Source: Methanobacteriota archaeon
GTDB taxonomy: Archaea; Thermoplasmatota; Thermoplasmata; SG8-5; JAGLSY01
Assembly (NCBI GenBank): GCA_020697715.1
Contig: JAEHCO010000005.1
Coordinates: forward strand, 32,001-96,000
Length of the DNA: 64,000 nucleotides
Direction of reading: 5' to 3'
A program made the translations under genes and the position numbers. Shown here piece after piece: positions 62,577 to 64,000 of this stretch; position 1 is the first letter of the stretch; each line of letters starts with the position of its first letter. Below the pieces are notes generated by a model. It searched no databases. It saw nothing but the letters and a program-made list of their open reading frames with translations, and had not been told where the DNA came from.

Positions 62577-63881
62577 ATGGCAGAGCAGATCGATCTATTG
62601 AAAAGGTATTCCGGTTTCAGGAAGAGTGCCCGCAATCTTGTATTTGTGGGTCTCATAAACATGACTGGTAGTGCTCTCCAGGGTTTTATCCTTGTGCTAT
62701 ATCTTAATGTTCTGGGTCATAATAATTCGATCTTCGGATCGCTTGGTCTTGTGATGGAAGTTAGTACAGTTGTAATTTTGATAGTCAGTGGCCTGCTGGC
62801 CGACAAATATGGAAAGAAAGGGACATTGATGTTGGGTATCACCCTCAGTGCGCTGGGCATGCTATTATTTTCCATGACCGAATCCCTGCCCATCTTCTTC
62901 ATAGCCGCAGCCTTGATCGGTCTGGGTGGAGGATTTGATGGCCCCTCCTTTAATGGACTATTGGCAGAGTTATCAAACTCCAAACGTAGAAAATATTTGT
63001 TCAGTTTCAATTCATTCCTCAATCTGATGGGATCTGGAACCATAACCATCATTGGTGGTTTTGTTCCATTGTTCCTAATATCCTCGCTGAACTTCGGCAG
63101 TATCGAGGCCTACAGGATGATCTTCATATTGGCTTTCCTTCTCAAGGCAATCAGTCTGGTACTTCTTTCCCGGATCAAGAAACCAGAGGCGGATGAAGAG
63201 GACATGAATGATTCATGCCCCATAGATGACAAGAAACCATGGGGTCTGATATTCAAATTCGCGCTTCCAAATGTATTCACTGGCCTGGGAGCGGGAATGA
63301 TAGTCCCATACTTCCAGATATTCTTTAAAGAGGAGTTCACATTGGAACTGGGAAGCATTGGGATCATCTTCGCCTTGCTATCCTTCGTCATGGCCGCCAT
63401 CACCTTCATTCTTCCACGAATAGCGGAGAAGGGAGGCTCAGTGATGACCATCGGCGTATTCCATGGAGCCTCCATATTTGCGATGATCGCCATACCCTTC
63501 ACACCCTGGCTGTCCGTGGTCATATTCCTATTCATATTCCGGGCTGCTATGATGAATGTTCCACATCCAATAATGACGGCTTTCATGCAATCCAAGATGC
63601 CAGATAACTGTCGCTCCACTGCCCAAAGCGCTCTGGCCTTCGCCTGGATGGTCACTCATGCTGTAGGAATATACATCGGGGGCTTCATCTGGGATGCGGT
63701 CTATGTCTATGAGACCCTACCTATGAGATATCCTTTCTACATAGCCACGATCCTGTACACCATTTCCACGGTCCTCTTCCTGATATTCTTCCTGAAAATG
63801 GATGATAAAGAGCATAAGCCACTACCTCATTTGCACAAAAGACCAAGCCTGTCCAATATACTTCACCGTAATCCAAGATGA
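62577..63881 (+). CDS. MFS transporter
   Basis: About 12 TM segments; motif A GLLADKYGKK. Confidence 0.88.
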   Translation: MAEQIDLLKRYSGFRKSARNLVFVGLINMTGSALQGFILVLYLNVLGHNNSIFGSLGLVMEVSTVVILIVSGLLADKYGKKGTLMLGITLSALGMLLFSMTESLPIFFIAAALIGLGGGFDGPSFNGLLAELSNSKRRKYLFSFNSFLNLMGSGTITIIGGFVPLFLISSLNFGSIEAYRMIFILAFLLKAISLVLLSRIKKPEADEEDMNDSCPIDDKKPWGLIFKFALPNVFTGLGAGMIVPYFQIFFKEEFTLELGSIGIIFALLSFVMAAITFILPRIAEKGGSVMTIGVFHGASIFAMIAIPFTPWLSVVIFLFIFRAAMMNVPHPIMTAFMQSKMPDNCRSTAQSALAFAWMVTHAVGIYIGGFIWDAVYVYETLPMRYPFYIATILYTISTVLFLIFFLKMDDKEHKPLPHLHKRPSLSNILHRNPR

Positions 63882-64000
63882 TCAGAGAACTGGTGAATTC
63901 AAAATTGGGTTGTATAATAATGCAAAACCTTTATAATAGATAGTTATGTACGGTGAACTTCACAGGCGGGTACACACTATGGAATACACAAGATATGAAC

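Noticed and set aside
63979-64000. ORF start MEYTRYE at the window edge
   Set aside because: Only 7 codons are visible, so no product can be supported.

Overview
Archaeal chromosomal segment. It is most consistent with an uncultured Thermoplasmatota lineage; this is inferred from the A1AO ATP synthase gene order, the rps6e-aIF2gamma-PIN cluster, RbkR, a PEF-CTERM protein and GGAGG/GGTGA Shine-Dalgarno sites. Most genes are housekeeping: atpHIKECFABD, ksgA, apgM, NOG1, Lhr, tRNA-Ile2(CAT), glnA, XPD-like helicase, thiM/thiE, ileS, acyl-CoA dehydrogenase and a DRG GTPase. No CRISPR, rRNA, integrase or transposase was seen. Four things stand out. (1) An operon encodes glutaredoxin, ferredoxin:disulfide reductase and a rhodanese fused to a half sulfur-oxygenase-reductase-like domain that retains a Cys/His/His/Glu site. 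(2) A family of ~57-65 bp double-hairpin elements sits at start codons. Inside the ATP synthase operon they form 18-19 aa mini-ORFs coupled stop-to-start at both ends. (3) gdhA is followed by two sensor-fused PPDK-type dikinases lacking the pyruvate domain, one carrying a nucleotidyltransferase domain, plus a convergent metallophosphoesterase. This may be a covalent-modification system. (4) A leaderless uORF MSSATIIIR, using all three Ile codons in a row, lies in a structured leader of ileS, which suggests attenuation-like control in an archaeon. All product calls come from motif recognition by eye; no database search was run.
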